64,000 nt of DNA from Tequatrovirus BCH953P2, in the sequence record OZ035785.1. One strand, given 5' to 3'. The translations under genes were made by a program, and so were the position numbers. A model generated the notes under the pieces. It was not told where the DNA came from. It worked only from the letters and a program-made list of their open reading frames with translations, and did not search any database. Positions 20,110-30,805 of the stretch are shown piece after piece. Positions within the stretch are counted from its first letter, which is position 1; each line of letters opens with the position of its first letter.

Positions 20110-21923
20110 TGATGCTTAACCCTATGCATGATTTCTTTATTTTTACCGAGATTAAATCCGCGTTCGTTCGGGTTTCCAAGATATCCGCATGTTCTTCTTA
20201 TTGTGTTCATCTTTTTAGGATCAGTTTCTCCACAAATAGAACAAACAAATCCGTTTTCAGTAGGAGTCATTTCATGGGTACTTCCGCATGTAAAACATTT
20301 ATCTACTGGCATGTTAACACCAAAATAATCTAAATGTTGTGCAGCATAATCCCATACGGCCTCAAGACCTTTTAAGTTATTTTTCATATCAGGAAGTTCA
20401 ACATAAGAAATGTGACCACCTGTCGCAATGAAATGATACGGCGCTTCACGAGAAATCTTTTCAAACGGAGTAATATTTTCTTCTACTGAAACGTGGAAAC
20501 TGTTAGTGTACCAGCCTTTATCGGTAACATCTTTTACGCTTCCATATTTTTCTGTATCGAGTTTACAGAAGCGATAACAAAGGTTTTCAGCAGGAGTAGA
20601 ATATAAACTAAAAGCAAATCCGGTTCTTTCAGTCCACTGTTTAAGATGAGCATTCATTTTAGTTAAAATTTCTCGTCCAATATCACGACCGACAAGAATA
20701 TTCAATTCGTGAATACCAATGTATCCTAGGGACACTGAACTTCTACCGTTTTTAAATAACTCAATTATGTCGTCATCAGGTTTAAGACGAACCCCGAATG
20801 CACCTTCTTGGTAAAGAATAGGAGCAACAGTAGCTTTAACTCCTTTTAAGGAACTAATTCTACACATCAAAGCTTCAAAACACAAATCCATTCGTTCATT
20901 GAATAATTCAACAAATTTCTGTTCATTGAACTGTGTTCCAATATAAGAATCTAACGCGATGCGAGGAAGATTCAATGTTACAACACCAAGATTATTACGT
21001 CCATCAAGAATTTCATTACCAGTCGAATCTTTCCATACGCTCAAGAAACTACGGCAACCCATTGGAGAAACAGGAACAGATGAACCAGTGATAGCTTTAT
21101 TGTTCTTAGCTGAAATAATATCAGGATACATCCTTTTGCTTGCACACTCTAGAGCAAGCTGCTTAATATCATAGTTCGGATCGTCTTTGTAAAGATTAAC
21201 GCCTTCTTCGACGAACATAACAAGCTTAGGGAAAATAGGAGTTATCCCATCACGACCAAGACCTTTAATACGATTTTTCAGAATTGCTTTCTGAATCATT
21301 CGTTCAGTCCAGTCAGTTCCCGTACCAAATGTAATTGTTACAAAAGGTGTTTGCCCGTTTGAACTAAAGAGAGTATTTACTTCATATTCATAAGCTTGGA
21401 ATGCATCGTATACGTCTTTTTCTGTTTTAGATTGAGCATAATTCAACGCATCAGCGATTTGCCATTTTTCTGCATCTTCAATATGTTTTGCATAGGTGCG
21501 TTTAACATAAGGAGAAAGTACTTTATCTACATTCGCAAAAGTCGTTCCGCCATATTGATGGGAAGCAACCTGTGCAGTAATTTGTGCCATAATTGCAGTA
21601 GCAACACCGATTGATTTAGGAGTTTCAATCTGTGCATTACCGAGCTTAAATCCGTTCTCAAGCATTCCTTTTAAATCTACTAAACAACAATTAGTAAAAG
21701 GCAATGATATACTGTAATCTAAATCATGAAAATGAATTAACCCGGCATTATGAGCATTTACAATATGACTTGGAAGAATACTGCAAGCGATATGTTTAGA
21801 AACAATACCGGCCATTAAATCTCTTTTTGTTGGAAAGACACGAGAATCTTTGTTGGCGTTTTCGGTATTTAATTCTTTATCTTTATTTGAAATAAAATTT
21901 AAAACATCTTTCTCTAAAGACAT
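20106..21923 (-). CDS. nrdD: anaerobic ribonucleoside-triphosphate reductase, uninterrupted
   Basis: 605 aa contiguous ORF with C-terminal glycyl radical and zinc-ribbon region; no intron. Confidence 0.95.
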   Translation of the reverse strand: MSLEKDVLNFISNKDKELNTENANKDSRVFPTKRDLMAGIVSKHIACSILPSHIVNAHNAGLIHFHDLDYSISLPFTNCCLVDLKGMLENGFKLGNAQIETPKSIGVATAIMAQITAQVASHQYGGTTFANVDKVLSPYVKRTYAKHIEDAEKWQIADALNYAQSKTEKDVYDAFQAYEYEVNTLFSSNGQTPFVTITFGTGTDWTERMIQKAILKNRIKGLGRDGITPIFPKLVMFVEEGVNLYKDDPNYDIKQLALECASKRMYPDIISAKNNKAITGSSVPVSPMGCRSFLSVWKDSTGNEILDGRNNLGVVTLNLPRIALDSYIGTQFNEQKFVELFNERMDLCFEALMCRISSLKGVKATVAPILYQEGAFGVRLKPDDDIIELFKNGRSSVSLGYIGIHELNILVGRDIGREILTKMNAHLKQWTERTGFAFSLYSTPAENLCYRFCKLDTEKYGSVKDVTDKGWYTNSFHVSVEENITPFEKISREAPYHFIATGGHISYVELPDMKNNLKGLEAVWDYAAQHLDYFGVNMPVDKCFTCGSTHEMTPTENGFVCSICGETDPKKMNTIRRTCGYLGNPNERGFNLGKNKEIMHRVKHQ

Positions 21924-22735
21924 AATTCTAATTTATCCTTTTGAAATTCTTCGTCTAAATATGGGTTCCAACCCATTTTAAACCTTTTGATGAAATTATC
22001 AATTCTAAATTTCGGTAAGTTTAAATCCGCAAAAATAGATGATTTACTTTTAAAATCTGGACCTAAATAATCATATAAAATTTCTGCGTATTTTAACCAT
22101 AATATATAAGTACCAGATTTAATTGCTCTCGGAGTTTTCCAAGGTTTTACACCATACATCGGATTTCCACTTCCTTTATGCCTGATAGAAGATGAAATTC
22201 CAATTTTAATTTTAGCTTCCTCTGTATGCGAAAATCCATGATGTGGATTTTCTTTCCAATATTTTTTAGAAGCTTCTGATATTTTCTTTCTGGCTAAATT
22301 AGTATGATGCTTTCCATAAAATCCATGATTTTTACCTTTATTACGATTTCTTTTAATCATGGTTATTGATTGCTTTTTTCTAGTTTCTTTAGAAGGAGAA
22401 ACACCGTACGTTGTAAATTGACCATCAGCATATGCTAAATTAAAATACTCTTTATTCCATATATCTTTTTCTATATTCTTTTGAAATTCAGCTTCAATGC
22501 TAGTTATTTGCTCATCTCCGACTAATTGAAAATATAATATTTCAACTTTCGGCGTTTCTTTCAACAGGGCTTTTTGAAATTCGGAAGATGACGAAGACGA
22601 ATAATAAAATTTACCATTTTTATCAATAATATTCGTTCCGTCAAAAGCGCAATTAGTTTTACTTCCAATGTAATAATATGGCGGGGTTTTAGCATTAATT
22701 CTATTAATAAATGATAGTTTATATACTACATTCAT
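21914..22735 (-). CDS. seg-like GIY-YIG homing endonuclease
   Basis: 273 aa; VVYKLSF...YYYIGS GIY-YIG motifs plus NUMOD3-like HGFYGK and GSGNPMYG repeats. Confidence 0.65.
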   Translation of the reverse strand: MNVVYKLSFINRINAKTPPYYYIGSKTNCAFDGTNIIDKNGKFYYSSSSSSEFQKALLKETPKVEILYFQLVGDEQITSIEAEFQKNIEKDIWNKEYFNLAYADGQFTTYGVSPSKETRKKQSITMIKRNRNKGKNHGFYGKHHTNLARKKISEASKKYWKENPHHGFSHTEEAKIKIGISSSIRHKGSGNPMYGVKPWKTPRAIKSGTYILWLKYAEILYDYLGPDFKSKSSIFADLNLPKFRIDNFIKRFKMGWNPYLDEEFQKDKLELCL

Positions 22736-23205
22736 TTTAAACTCTTTCTAAGCTGCTTCTTAAATGAAGCTATTAATTGTGTTTTGGTGTCAGATTCATT
22801 ATATTCAAATCCTCTTTGAAGCATCTCAGCCATCATTTCCTCTTTTCCTAAACGAGAAAATTCCTTTGATTTATCTCCAACGAAGTTAGGGTGAATATTA
22901 TTTTGGGTGTAATCGGATTTTAAATAAGTAAGTAAATTTTCTAACCATTCAAGATAATCAACACCTTGTCCCTTTAAGCCAGAACGATTAAATTTATGCT
23001 TCATTTGACCTTCTGCGGCATTGCAGAGATTACAAAGCAATCCACGTACCTTTCCTGCTTTTGGTCCATTTAATTCATGGTCATGGTCAAGGTGATTAGC
23101 TTGAACGTCAGGATTTAGTTCTCGTTGGCAAATTAAGCATTTACCATTTTGTGCATCATAAAATTTCTGTTTTTCTTCTTTATATAATTTGCCAGTCAAT
23201 AACAT
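22732..23205 (-). CDS. 49: endonuclease VII (Holliday junction resolvase)
   Basis: 157 aa; zinc-binding cysteines and HDH catalytic motif. Confidence 0.9.
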   Translation of the reverse strand: MLLTGKLYKEEKQKFYDAQNGKCLICQRELNPDVQANHLDHDHELNGPKAGKVRGLLCNLCNAAEGQMKHKFNRSGLKGQGVDYLEWLENLLTYLKSDYTQNNIHPNFVGDKSKEFSRLGKEEMMAEMLQRGFEYNESDTKTQLIASFKKQLRKSLK

Positions 23206-23247
23206 AATAAAACCCTTACCTTAAATAGATAAGGGTATTTATTATTT

Positions 23248-23733
23248 TCAAGTATTGTAAAACATTTGATTCAATCGCTTATATTGCCGAATCTTTTGGT
23301 CAGAAAAAGAAATTTGGGTTTCAAGCCATTCAATATATTCTGCCGCAGCTTGCATCAAATTTCCTTCATAGCCATCGTTATTTTCTTGTGCAGCTAATTT
23401 AGCTAATGCGTATGAAATACGTTCACCTTGAAAATCGGCTTTAGGTATTTGAACATCTTGACTAGTTCTCTCTACAACTTCTTCAATTTCGCCATTTTCA
23501 ACGGATTCAGTATTCCATAAGCACCAATACGTAATTGGCTTATCGTAGATGTTAATAATCTTTCCATCAGAAAGTTCAATTTCAATAATTCCAGTATCAG
23601 GTTCTATATCATCTTCGCATTCTTTTGCAAGTTCACGAACTTTAAAGACAGTACCTGCACTAAGTTCCGGCCAGTAATTACATAGCCCTGTATCAGCACG
23701 ATTAATTCTAAACCACTTATCTACTGTAATCAT
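23248..23733 (-). CDS. pin: Pin-like protein (protease inhibitor), by synteny
   Basis: About 161 aa ORF adjacent to gene 49. Confidence 0.45.
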   Translation of the reverse strand: MITVDKWFRINRADTGLCNYWPELSAGTVFKVRELAKECEDDIEPDTGIIEIELSDGKIINIYDKPITYWCLWNTESVENGEIEEVVERTSQDVQIPKADFQGERISYALAKLAAQENNDGYEGNLMQAAAEYIEWLETQISFSDQKIRQYKRLNQMFYNT

Positions 23734-23856
23734 GTCCCATCTCCATATCAATTAAGTTATTTATCGTTGGTTCATTATATACTGTTTCTTCATCAGTGTA
23801 AACCGGTTCTTCCGGCTCTGGCTCTACAGTTTCCCATCTAGCCGCCCACCAAGGTT

Positions 23857-24177
23857 TTATAGCGTAATCCATTCTCGTACTGTCTGAGTTACTACACGTT
23901 CTCGAAGCTCAACCAGTTCAACGGTAGGAACTGCATAATACCAGTCAGAATGGTAAGAACCTGAGCGAGATTCATTTACGGAAACATATACGTAGTGTTT
24001 TGGGCTAAAGTAAATTACTCGACGATATTGGCATTTGCCTTGTTGAGTCCATTCTTCGGATTCAATCTGAATAAGATAGTCGGAAAAATCGAAATCATAG
24101 TTTTCCGAAAATGCATCATGGTCTTCGATGATTTCGCTCAGAACTGCATCAACATCTAATTTATTTTCAATAGTCAT
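23857..24177 (-). CDS. hypothetical protein
   Basis: 106 aa ORF. Confidence 0.4.
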   Translation of the reverse strand: MTIENKLDVDAVLSEIIEDHDAFSENYDFDFSDYLIQIESEEWTQQGKCQYRRVIYFSPKHYVYVSVNESRSGSYHSDWYYAVPTVELVELRERVVTQTVREWITL

Positions 24178-24188
24178 TTTTTCACCAA

Positions 24189-24383
24189 TTAATTTCGCAA
24201 TTTATTAAGTTCTTCATAATCAATCCAGGATTCTAATCCTGATGGCAAATCAGATTCAATTTCCCAAAGAAGTTCTTCAATTTTATGAAGACGATCTAAT
24301 TCTTCAGCTGGAATAGTAACCATTGATGGAGTTCTTGATACACTAATATCGTAAATCATATTTACCCCAGCTTGACCATGCAA
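24189..24383 (-). CDS. hypothetical protein
   Basis: 64 aa ORF. Confidence 0.35.
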   Translation of the reverse strand: MHGQAGVNMIYDISVSRTPSMVTIPAEELDRLHKIEELLWEIESDLPSGLESWIDYEELNKLRN

Positions 24384-24577
24384 TCACCGTATTTCCACTT
24401 AGAAATAGACTTTTCACCATTAGAATAATAAACTTCGAGTTTAGCACGATTATTTTTAATTTGAATAACCTTGGCTGTCATCAAAGTTCCATACCCATAG
24501 TAAACTGCAACTTCATCACCTACATATACCGCGCTTCCGCGGTAGTCATGGATATAATCAGTTCCTTCGAGAATCAT
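24362..24577 (-). CDS. hypothetical protein
   Basis: 71 aa ORF. Confidence 0.4.
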   Translation of the reverse strand: MILEGTDYIHDYRGSAVYVGDEVAVYYGYGTLMTAKVIQIKNNRAKLEVYYSNGEKSISKWKYGDCMVKLG

Positions 24578-24837
24578 TTAAAGTATTCCCGCAATTGGTC
24601 AAATCCACCAATATGACTTCCATCAGGAGCAAATACCTGAGGCATCGTCAATCCGATTTGAGTATCACGACCTAGTTTAGTCAGAAGCTCAGCGATTTTC
24701 TCATCATCAAAAACACCTTTTTCCGGCATAATGTTGATAAATTCAAACGGCTGTTTCTTCACGGTCAAAAGACGTTTTGCATTATCGCAGTACACACATT
24801 TGTGGATGTTGCTATCATAACCATATACTTTAAACAT
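24574..24837 (-). CDS. nrdC: T4-type glutaredoxin/thioredoxin
   Basis: 87 aa with CVYC active site. Confidence 0.85.
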   Translation of the reverse strand: MFKVYGYDSNIHKCVYCDNAKRLLTVKKQPFEFINIMPEKGVFDDEKIAELLTKLGRDTQIGLTMPQVFAPDGSHIGGFDQLREYFK

Positions 24838-24838
24838 A

Positions 24839-25096
24839 TTATTCCTTAATTCCTAGTACTTGTTTAAAAGTCTCGTCGTAATCAAGACTTTGGCCCGTTT
24901 GTTCTTTATGTTTGTATATAATATCACTTACTTCTGATAGCATATTTTTATATGAACGAGTTAAAGCAGATTTAAGCACGCTGTATCTATCAGGAAATTT
25001 ACCATGTTCATAATAATAAGCTATTGCTAATTCGCGGACTGCCATTTCAGCAGTCTTCATATATTCTTTACGCTTTGTCATTTTCTTCTCGGTCAA
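24839..25096 (-). CDS. hypothetical protein
   Basis: 85 aa ORF. Confidence 0.45.
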   Translation of the reverse strand: MTEKKMTKRKEYMKTAEMAVRELAIAYYYEHGKFPDRYSVLKSALTRSYKNMLSEVSDIIYKHKEQTGQSLDYDETFKQVLGIKE

Positions 25097-25382
25097 ATCG
25101 GTGTTTACAATGACGACATTTATAACGAAGATTACTAGTCTGCCAATGAACTAATTGTACCTGTTCAGTACCACACTCAGGACAATTAGGAACGTTTTTA
25201 GAAGCCCTTTCACGACGTTCAACCATGACCATTACAGAATCCCAATTAACAGGAGGGCTATAATCATCACAACCATGAATCTTTCCACGCATTTCCAGAT
25301 CGTCTTCTTCACCAGCCATAATAATTTTAATTAGACTAGAATTACTTGAAGCTGCAATGTCTTCTAATAGACGCTTTTTCAT
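25068..25382 (-). CDS. zinc-ribbon protein
   Basis: 104 aa; CPECG...CRHCKH cysteine pairs. Confidence 0.45.
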   Translation of the reverse strand: MKKRLLEDIAASSNSSLIKIIMAGEEDDLEMRGKIHGCDDYSPPVNWDSVMVMVERRERASKNVPNCPECGTEQVQLVHWQTSNLRYKCRHCKHRFDREENDKA

Positions 25383-26308
25383 TTCAATACCTCAATAGCA
25401 TTACGTAAACCATTTGCTTTTGCATTAAGAGCTTTTAACAATTTGGTGTGTTCTGCAATTTGGGCTTCAACTTCAATCAAACGAGCATTGAGATATTCGC
25501 GTTCTTCACTCAGATTATCAGCCTTTTCTGCTTTAGGTTCTTTTACAACTTGCTTATATGTATTAGGGTTCTTCAGTTTAATTAGAATGCGTGAACTGTA
25601 CAGCATTGAACCATTATCTTCGGTTTCGTCATACATTTCCACTACGTCCATCATCTCCACCATCGTGCAGAGTTTATAAGACAACGAACGAATAATTTTG
25701 TTGTGCTTATTAATTTCTCTAGCTGTCATGGTGCCGAGATTACGTGAGTAATAATAAGGAACCTGGATATTAATTAATACTGATGAACCACCTGGCTTGT
25801 GTGTTACTTCATCAGCAATAACCCAATCCTTAACATGAACTGTATTTGTACGGTCATCGCCCGCGGTAAATAGTTTACGAGCATGCTTAAAAAGCATATT
25901 CACTTGGTCATTGAATTGACAAGCGAATTTATCAGCAAATTTAGTTTCGGGAATGGTAGATAACCAATCAGCCAAATGGGTCTTTTTAACATCGTTAACA
26001 ATAGTAAATTCAACCAAATCGGTTATAGATGTCTCAGATTTAATGAAGCTCGGCTTCATAAAGTTTTTAATGTTATCACTAGCTACAGTAGAAGATAACA
26101 GACGAGAACGTTTAAACCATTGAAGCAAATTGCCTAACGAATGAGAATAAGCGTTTTGAGTATCTTTACAGATATGATTTTCCTGGCCAACATATTGAAG
26201 GAAATCACGAAGAATATTATTGATTACTGCTCTGTGTCCTATCTGATAATTACGATGTTTAGTAATAAGACTGTCAAAATAATCAATATAATGTTTACGA
26301 GTTTTCAT
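25379..26308 (-). CDS. hypothetical protein with C-terminal coiled coil
   Basis: 309 aa. Confidence 0.5.
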   Translation of the reverse strand: MKTRKHYIDYFDSLITKHRNYQIGHRAVINNILRDFLQYVGQENHICKDTQNAYSHSLGNLLQWFKRSRLLSSTVASDNIKNFMKPSFIKSETSITDLVEFTIVNDVKKTHLADWLSTIPETKFADKFACQFNDQVNMLFKHARKLFTAGDDRTNTVHVKDWVIADEVTHKPGGSSVLINIQVPYYYSRNLGTMTAREINKHNKIIRSLSYKLCTMVEMMDVVEMYDETEDNGSMLYSSRILIKLKNPNTYKQVVKEPKAEKADNLSEEREYLNARLIEVEAQIAEHTKLLKALNAKANGLRNAIEVLK

Positions 26309-26360
26309 GTTCTTCTCACTTTGTTAATGATTTGTACTCCGAGCCATCCTTGGCTTTAAA

Positions 26361-27363
26361 TTACTTAATTAACTGTAAAGCTTGTTCAAGACGATCCAAG
26401 CGATTAACAGATTCTTCCCAAATCCTTTTAGCCCGCTCATATTCTTTCTGCGCTTTATTAGAAATTTCTAGAACTTCTTTATAAGCTTTTTCTAGTGCAA
26501 TAACTTCTGGACGAATTTCTATCGGTTCAGGTGAATCATCAAGACATTCCATTAGTTCCTCAAGGGTAGTTTCTTCTTTAGGAGTATTCACAATTTCATC
26601 ACATTTTTGTTGGTAAATTTCTTTATCAGTCGGTGAGTACGCGCACTTTACTTCACGAAGACTAATTACAATTTTATATCCTTCCCAACCGCATATATTC
26701 TTAAAAGGATAAGTATGAATATTTTCTACTGTTTCCATACAAAGTAATGCGGTCTCTAATTGACGAGTTATAGTGCTAGCAATTGAGAAAAATTTATTAA
26801 TATTCTTTTGGTTAGTTTCTGGTGTAAAAAATCCATAATTCACAAAAATAGATACTTTATTTTTATCAAGTTCATATTCTTTTATGATAATCATATCAGA
26901 AGCCAAAGGATGAATTTGACGATAATCGCCATAACATAATTTAGAAGCTGATTTTAGAATCTGTCCTTTGAAAAGTCTGAAATTACTAATCCAACGACGA
27001 GTAAAAATATTCTCAGGGTCTTCTTTATTATTAAGATGATAAGAATTAACATCACCGAACCAATTATATCCTACTACATCTTTGGTTCGTTTAATTTCTT
27101 TCCCAAAATTACCAAGAATATCCCGATTAACCAAATATGAAAGAAGACGAGACTCTTTAAAGGTTTTCTTGATAACATCTTTATCTACACGGCTAGAAAT
27201 TTTACGAATTTCATGAATAAATTTAGCAGAAGAAACAATACCTGCATCAACACTATTGAGCCATTGATTGATAATAGAAAGAACGCTATTTTGGCCAAAC
27301 ATCGGTATAGCTTTATCATCAATAACGCTATTGAATGATTTGATATATTCGTTACGAGTCATA
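26361..27363 (-). CDS. hypothetical protein with C-terminal coiled coil
   Basis: Track ORF 26361-27413 trimmed to MTRNEY because an early promoter overlaps the upstream ATG. Confidence 0.5.
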
Positions 27364-27391
27364 TTAATCTCCTCAGTAGAAAGTAAGAACA

Positions 27392-27421
27392 TTATACCAC
27401 ATCCTTGTGGCAAAGTAAACT
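27392..27421 (-). promoter_or_regulatory. T4-type early promoter
   Basis: Minus strand GTTTAC, 18 nt, TATAAT. Confidence 0.55.
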
Positions 27422-28445
27422 AGTTCAGTGCATTTAGTGCATTGTTCAGTTTAGAACGTTGCTTTGTCAGATTTTGAACCCTTGACTGAGCTTGTTCTAA
27501 CGCCTTTTCAGCTTCTAGCACTTCATTGGTCGCTTTAACGAGTTCATCATCTACTGCCTTAAGGGACTTCTCAATCGCATCCGCGTGCCATTTTTCAACA
27601 GGTTTAAGACTCGGATTTTCAATAGGAAGAAAATTCACTTTATTGAATTTCCATGCATCCTTATTACCTGAACTATACATCCAAAATTTAGGATCGTTTG
27701 ATAAGTAATTGGATAAATTTAAATTTAAGTTATCTTGTACTTCTTGCTTTTTCTCTTGCGGGACTTCGTCCTTTCTCAAAAAATCATATTTAAATGAAAC
27801 GATCATATCAAGTTCATATGATGTTGTATCTAACTTAAATCGTTCAAAACGAGGTAAAATCTTAGATTGAACAGCAGCAACAACATCCATATACTTAAAT
27901 GCTTCTGTCAACTGTGATTTAAGGCATTCACAAATTGAAAGAGAATTTTTTGTATTAGGCTTAAAGCTAATTCGTGCAGTTCTATTATTTTCTTTTAATG
28001 GTCTTACTTCCATTTGAAGAGTATAACCATCAAATTTCAGATTCTTTAAGTTAATATCAGAACCTTTTAATCGACTAGCAGTAGACAAAATTTGCTTTAA
28101 TTGTTTACGGAATAGAGCAATAAATCTCCATTCAAGACGATAATGATTTGGATTAAAAAATCCTGTTGATAAATCGACCTTACTCTGACCAACGCCTTGA
28201 ACAAATAGAGGATTTTTATAATCAATAGTTTTACAGAAATCGGTGAGCTGCTCACGAGCAGTCATTTGTGTAATATACCCCGCTTTACTAAAATGACGTA
28301 ACCATTCACTGCTATTCATATACTTAAAGTGAATATCACGATTAACTTTATCAGGGTCTAAATTATTTTGGCACAAAAATGTCATAACATCACGAGTATA
28401 GCTGGCATTACGAACCATATCTTCAATTTGAGAACGAGTTTTCAT
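27420..28445 (-). CDS. hypothetical protein with C-terminal coiled coil
   Basis: 341 aa. Confidence 0.5.
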   Translation of the reverse strand: MKTRSQIEDMVRNASYTRDVMTFLCQNNLDPDKVNRDIHFKYMNSSEWLRHFSKAGYITQMTAREQLTDFCKTIDYKNPLFVQGVGQSKVDLSTGFFNPNHYRLEWRFIALFRKQLKQILSTASRLKGSDINLKNLKFDGYTLQMEVRPLKENNRTARISFKPNTKNSLSICECLKSQLTEAFKYMDVVAAVQSKILPRFERFKLDTTSYELDMIVSFKYDFLRKDEVPQEKKQEVQDNLNLNLSNYLSNDPKFWMYSSGNKDAWKFNKVNFLPIENPSLKPVEKWHADAIEKSLKAVDDELVKATNEVLEAEKALEQAQSRVQNLTKQRSKLNNALNALN

Positions 28446-28453
28446 AGTGTTCC

Positions 28454-29356
28454 TTAAGATTTAAGTAAATCAACAATTTTAATTAACTTTTCACGCTCAG
28501 ATTTAGCTTTACTACTCAATCCAGATAGTCTGAAAATTTCATCGTCATATTGTTGAATAGAAATATTCAGCTCTTCAATTTGCTTATTAAAATAATCAAT
28601 TTGTTCAGAATGTTTTTCGTTACTACGAACTGGTGCAGGTTTTGTAGGTAATTTAGTTGAACTGGATTCATCCGGGCGATAAATTAAAATACAACTTGAA
28701 CCAATCGGACATTTAGCACCAGACACATATTCTAATGTTCCAGCTTCTTTTAAAATTTCAAAAGCTAAACAGAGATGATGACACATATTGACATAATCTG
28801 TAGAGTGAGCTCTGACGTAATAATCATCTCCACGAGTGCTAAATTTAAAGCATTTAAGGTCTTCTGTATTATTAGTTTTAAAAATCATTTGTTTATCTAG
28901 ACCTTTAGCTAATCGAGCGCCTAATGCTAATAATCGTCGTTGATTTTCCCACAAATCTGCGATCATTTGGTCAAATGATAATTTTGGCATTAGTCGACCA
29001 TAAAGGTCATATCCTTTATTATAATTGCGAAGAATTTCACTCGCGTTAATGCGAGACAACGCTCCAATTTTATTAAGGGCTTTCATGATGCGATTAGATA
29101 AAAGCATTCCAGACCCGTTTGTTCGTTGTAAATGTTTTTCTAATCCAAATCCAATATCAACTTTAAACTTATCTAAAATTTCGGCGTGAACATCTTTATC
29201 AATAACATTTAAATTTAGTACTGGGTTAAATTTATGAAAAAATTTATCTGACTCGTCGCGTTGAAGTACAGTCCATTCATTTGATTTTTTATTAACTAAA
29301 GATTTAATTACTGCATTGACATTATTAATTGCTACTGACATATTTTCCTCACTCAA
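28454..29356 (-). CDS. hypothetical protein with C-terminal coiled coil
   Basis: 300 aa. Confidence 0.5.
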   Translation of the reverse strand: MSEENMSVAINNVNAVIKSLVNKKSNEWTVLQRDESDKFFHKFNPVLNLNVIDKDVHAEILDKFKVDIGFGLEKHLQRTNGSGMLLSNRIMKALNKIGALSRINASEILRNYNKGYDLYGRLMPKLSFDQMIADLWENQRRLLALGARLAKGLDKQMIFKTNNTEDLKCFKFSTRGDDYYVRAHSTDYVNMCHHLCLAFEILKEAGTLEYVSGAKCPIGSSCILIYRPDESSSTKLPTKPAPVRSNEKHSEQIDYFNKQIEELNISIQQYDDEIFRLSGLSSKAKSEREKLIKIVDLLKS

Positions 29357-29757
29357 TTTTCAATTTTACTAAATACACAGAATATGATGGAAAAGACTAT
29401 ATAAGCACCGCATACAGATTGAACTAATACCATTCCAAAGAACCAAATAATATTATCAAACCATGTCTGTTTTACGTCGAAAGGACGTAAACTTACAGTA
29501 ATATTATCACCTTTTTCTATTGAAGAATACATCTCTGGCGAAATATATTCGCTAAATCTATAACCGTCTTTGAGTTCATATACGGCAATAAACGATAAAC
29601 TAGACCCCTTTCCTTGAGTTCCTGTAAGGGTATTAACTACAGTAACATCATAATCTTTATAATGCATATAATCATTAATAGCATAATAACCATATGCAAT
29701 TACTATACATAAACAACATATCAATAAATTCAATCTTTTAATTATCAACTGTTTCAT
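29353..29757 (-). CDS. membrane protein
   Basis: 134 aa with hydrophobic segments at both ends. Confidence 0.45.
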   Translation of the reverse strand: MKQLIIKRLNLLICCLCIVIAYGYYAINDYMHYKDYDVTVVNTLTGTQGKGSSLSFIAVYELKDGYRFSEYISPEMYSSIEKGDNITVSLRPFDVKQTWFDNIIWFFGMVLVQSVCGAYIVFSIIFCVFSKIEN

Positions 29758-29812
29758 AATAATCTCAATTAAAAGGGCTTAGAACCATTATACCATCCTT
29801 GGTATAAAGCGG

Positions 29813-30340
29813 TTATGCGAGTACCGTCTTTAACCGTTCTTCAAACTTCCGAAGAGTGTTCTGGCGTTCAGCTCTTTGCTTTTTGTAAGTTTCAATACGC
29901 TCTGAAATGAGAGTGTATCGTTCATTTACTGATTCTTTCATAAAATCAGGAATTTCACGAGAAGCTTTAATCTCATCAAATTTATCAATAACAGCTTGCT
30001 CTTCAGCAATTAAGTTATCATACATCAAAATATCTTTCTTGATGAACTCAATATCTTCTTGAGTTACACGAGATAATTTAGATGCTTTATCCTTTTTGTA
30101 CTGTTCGTTAGTATCACGAGACCAGTGTAATGTACGATTTTTATTCGTATTCTTGTAAATTTCTACAATACCAATCTCATCAATAATAACGATCCAATTC
30201 CAACGGGATTTGTAAATTTGTCCTCCATCAACAGTGATTTCACCTCCGATTGAGATGTCATTAAAGAACTTGCTTTGTGCTTCAGATTTAAATTTACCAT
30301 CGTTGTAATTTACCAGGTTGAAAATATCTTTAGCGTTCAT
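29813..30340 (-). CDS. hypothetical protein
   Basis: 175 aa; early promoter and RBS directly upstream. Confidence 0.5.
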   Translation of the reverse strand: MNAKDIFNLVNYNDGKFKSEAQSKFFNDISIGGEITVDGGQIYKSRWNWIVIIDEIGIVEIYKNTNKNRTLHWSRDTNEQYKKDKASKLSRVTQEDIEFIKKDILMYDNLIAEEQAVIDKFDEIKASREIPDFMKESVNERYTLISERIETYKKQRAERQNTLRKFEERLKTVLA

Positions 30341-30369
30341 TTTGTGTTCCTCCGTAGTTGATAGGGTAA

Positions 30370-30398
30370 TAGTACCACGGAAGAACAGTCTTGTAAAC
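30370..30398 (-). promoter_or_regulatory. T4-type early promoter
   Basis: Minus strand GTTTAC, 17 nt, TACTAT. Confidence 0.55.
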
Positions 30399-30400
30399 CA

Positions 30401-30715
30401 CTAAAAGAAACTTCTTTCACAATTTTTTCCACTGAACCAAGCGCTCACTGCTTTCTTAGTCTCAGGAGCAGTGTTATCCATAAACCATTCAAAGGCAGCC
30501 TTTTTATGATTCTGGAGGGCTTCTCGGGCTTTAATCTGCTCACGGTCTATTAACACTAACATATGAGCCTTTCTTGTCACCAAGGGCTTCTTATGATTTT
30601 TTGAATACTCCCAATCATTTGTCCATCGCATCGTTGTTGCGAATTGAAGTACAGCTTCTTTAATTTTAGTTTCGTAAATTTCACGAGCCTTTGAGTATAA
30701 CATCACTACCTCCAT
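30401..30715 (-). CDS. hypothetical protein
   Basis: 104 aa ORF. Confidence 0.45.
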   Translation of the reverse strand: MEVVMLYSKAREIYETKIKEAVLQFATTMRWTNDWEYSKNHKKPLVTRKAHMLVLIDREQIKAREALQNHKKAAFEWFMDNTAPETKKAVSAWFSGKNCERSFF

Positions 30716-30805
30716 TTACCAGTTTAATTCTAGTCATCTTTTTGATGGCGGTCCATATAATCTATTTCTGAACTGCCTTTTTGTCATAGAAGTCCTCTTA
30801 TGAAT

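Noticed and set aside
20106-21923. Group I intron and intron-encoded endonuclease inside nrdD, as in T4
   Set aside because: nrdD translates as one uninterrupted 605 aa ORF, so there is no room for an intron.
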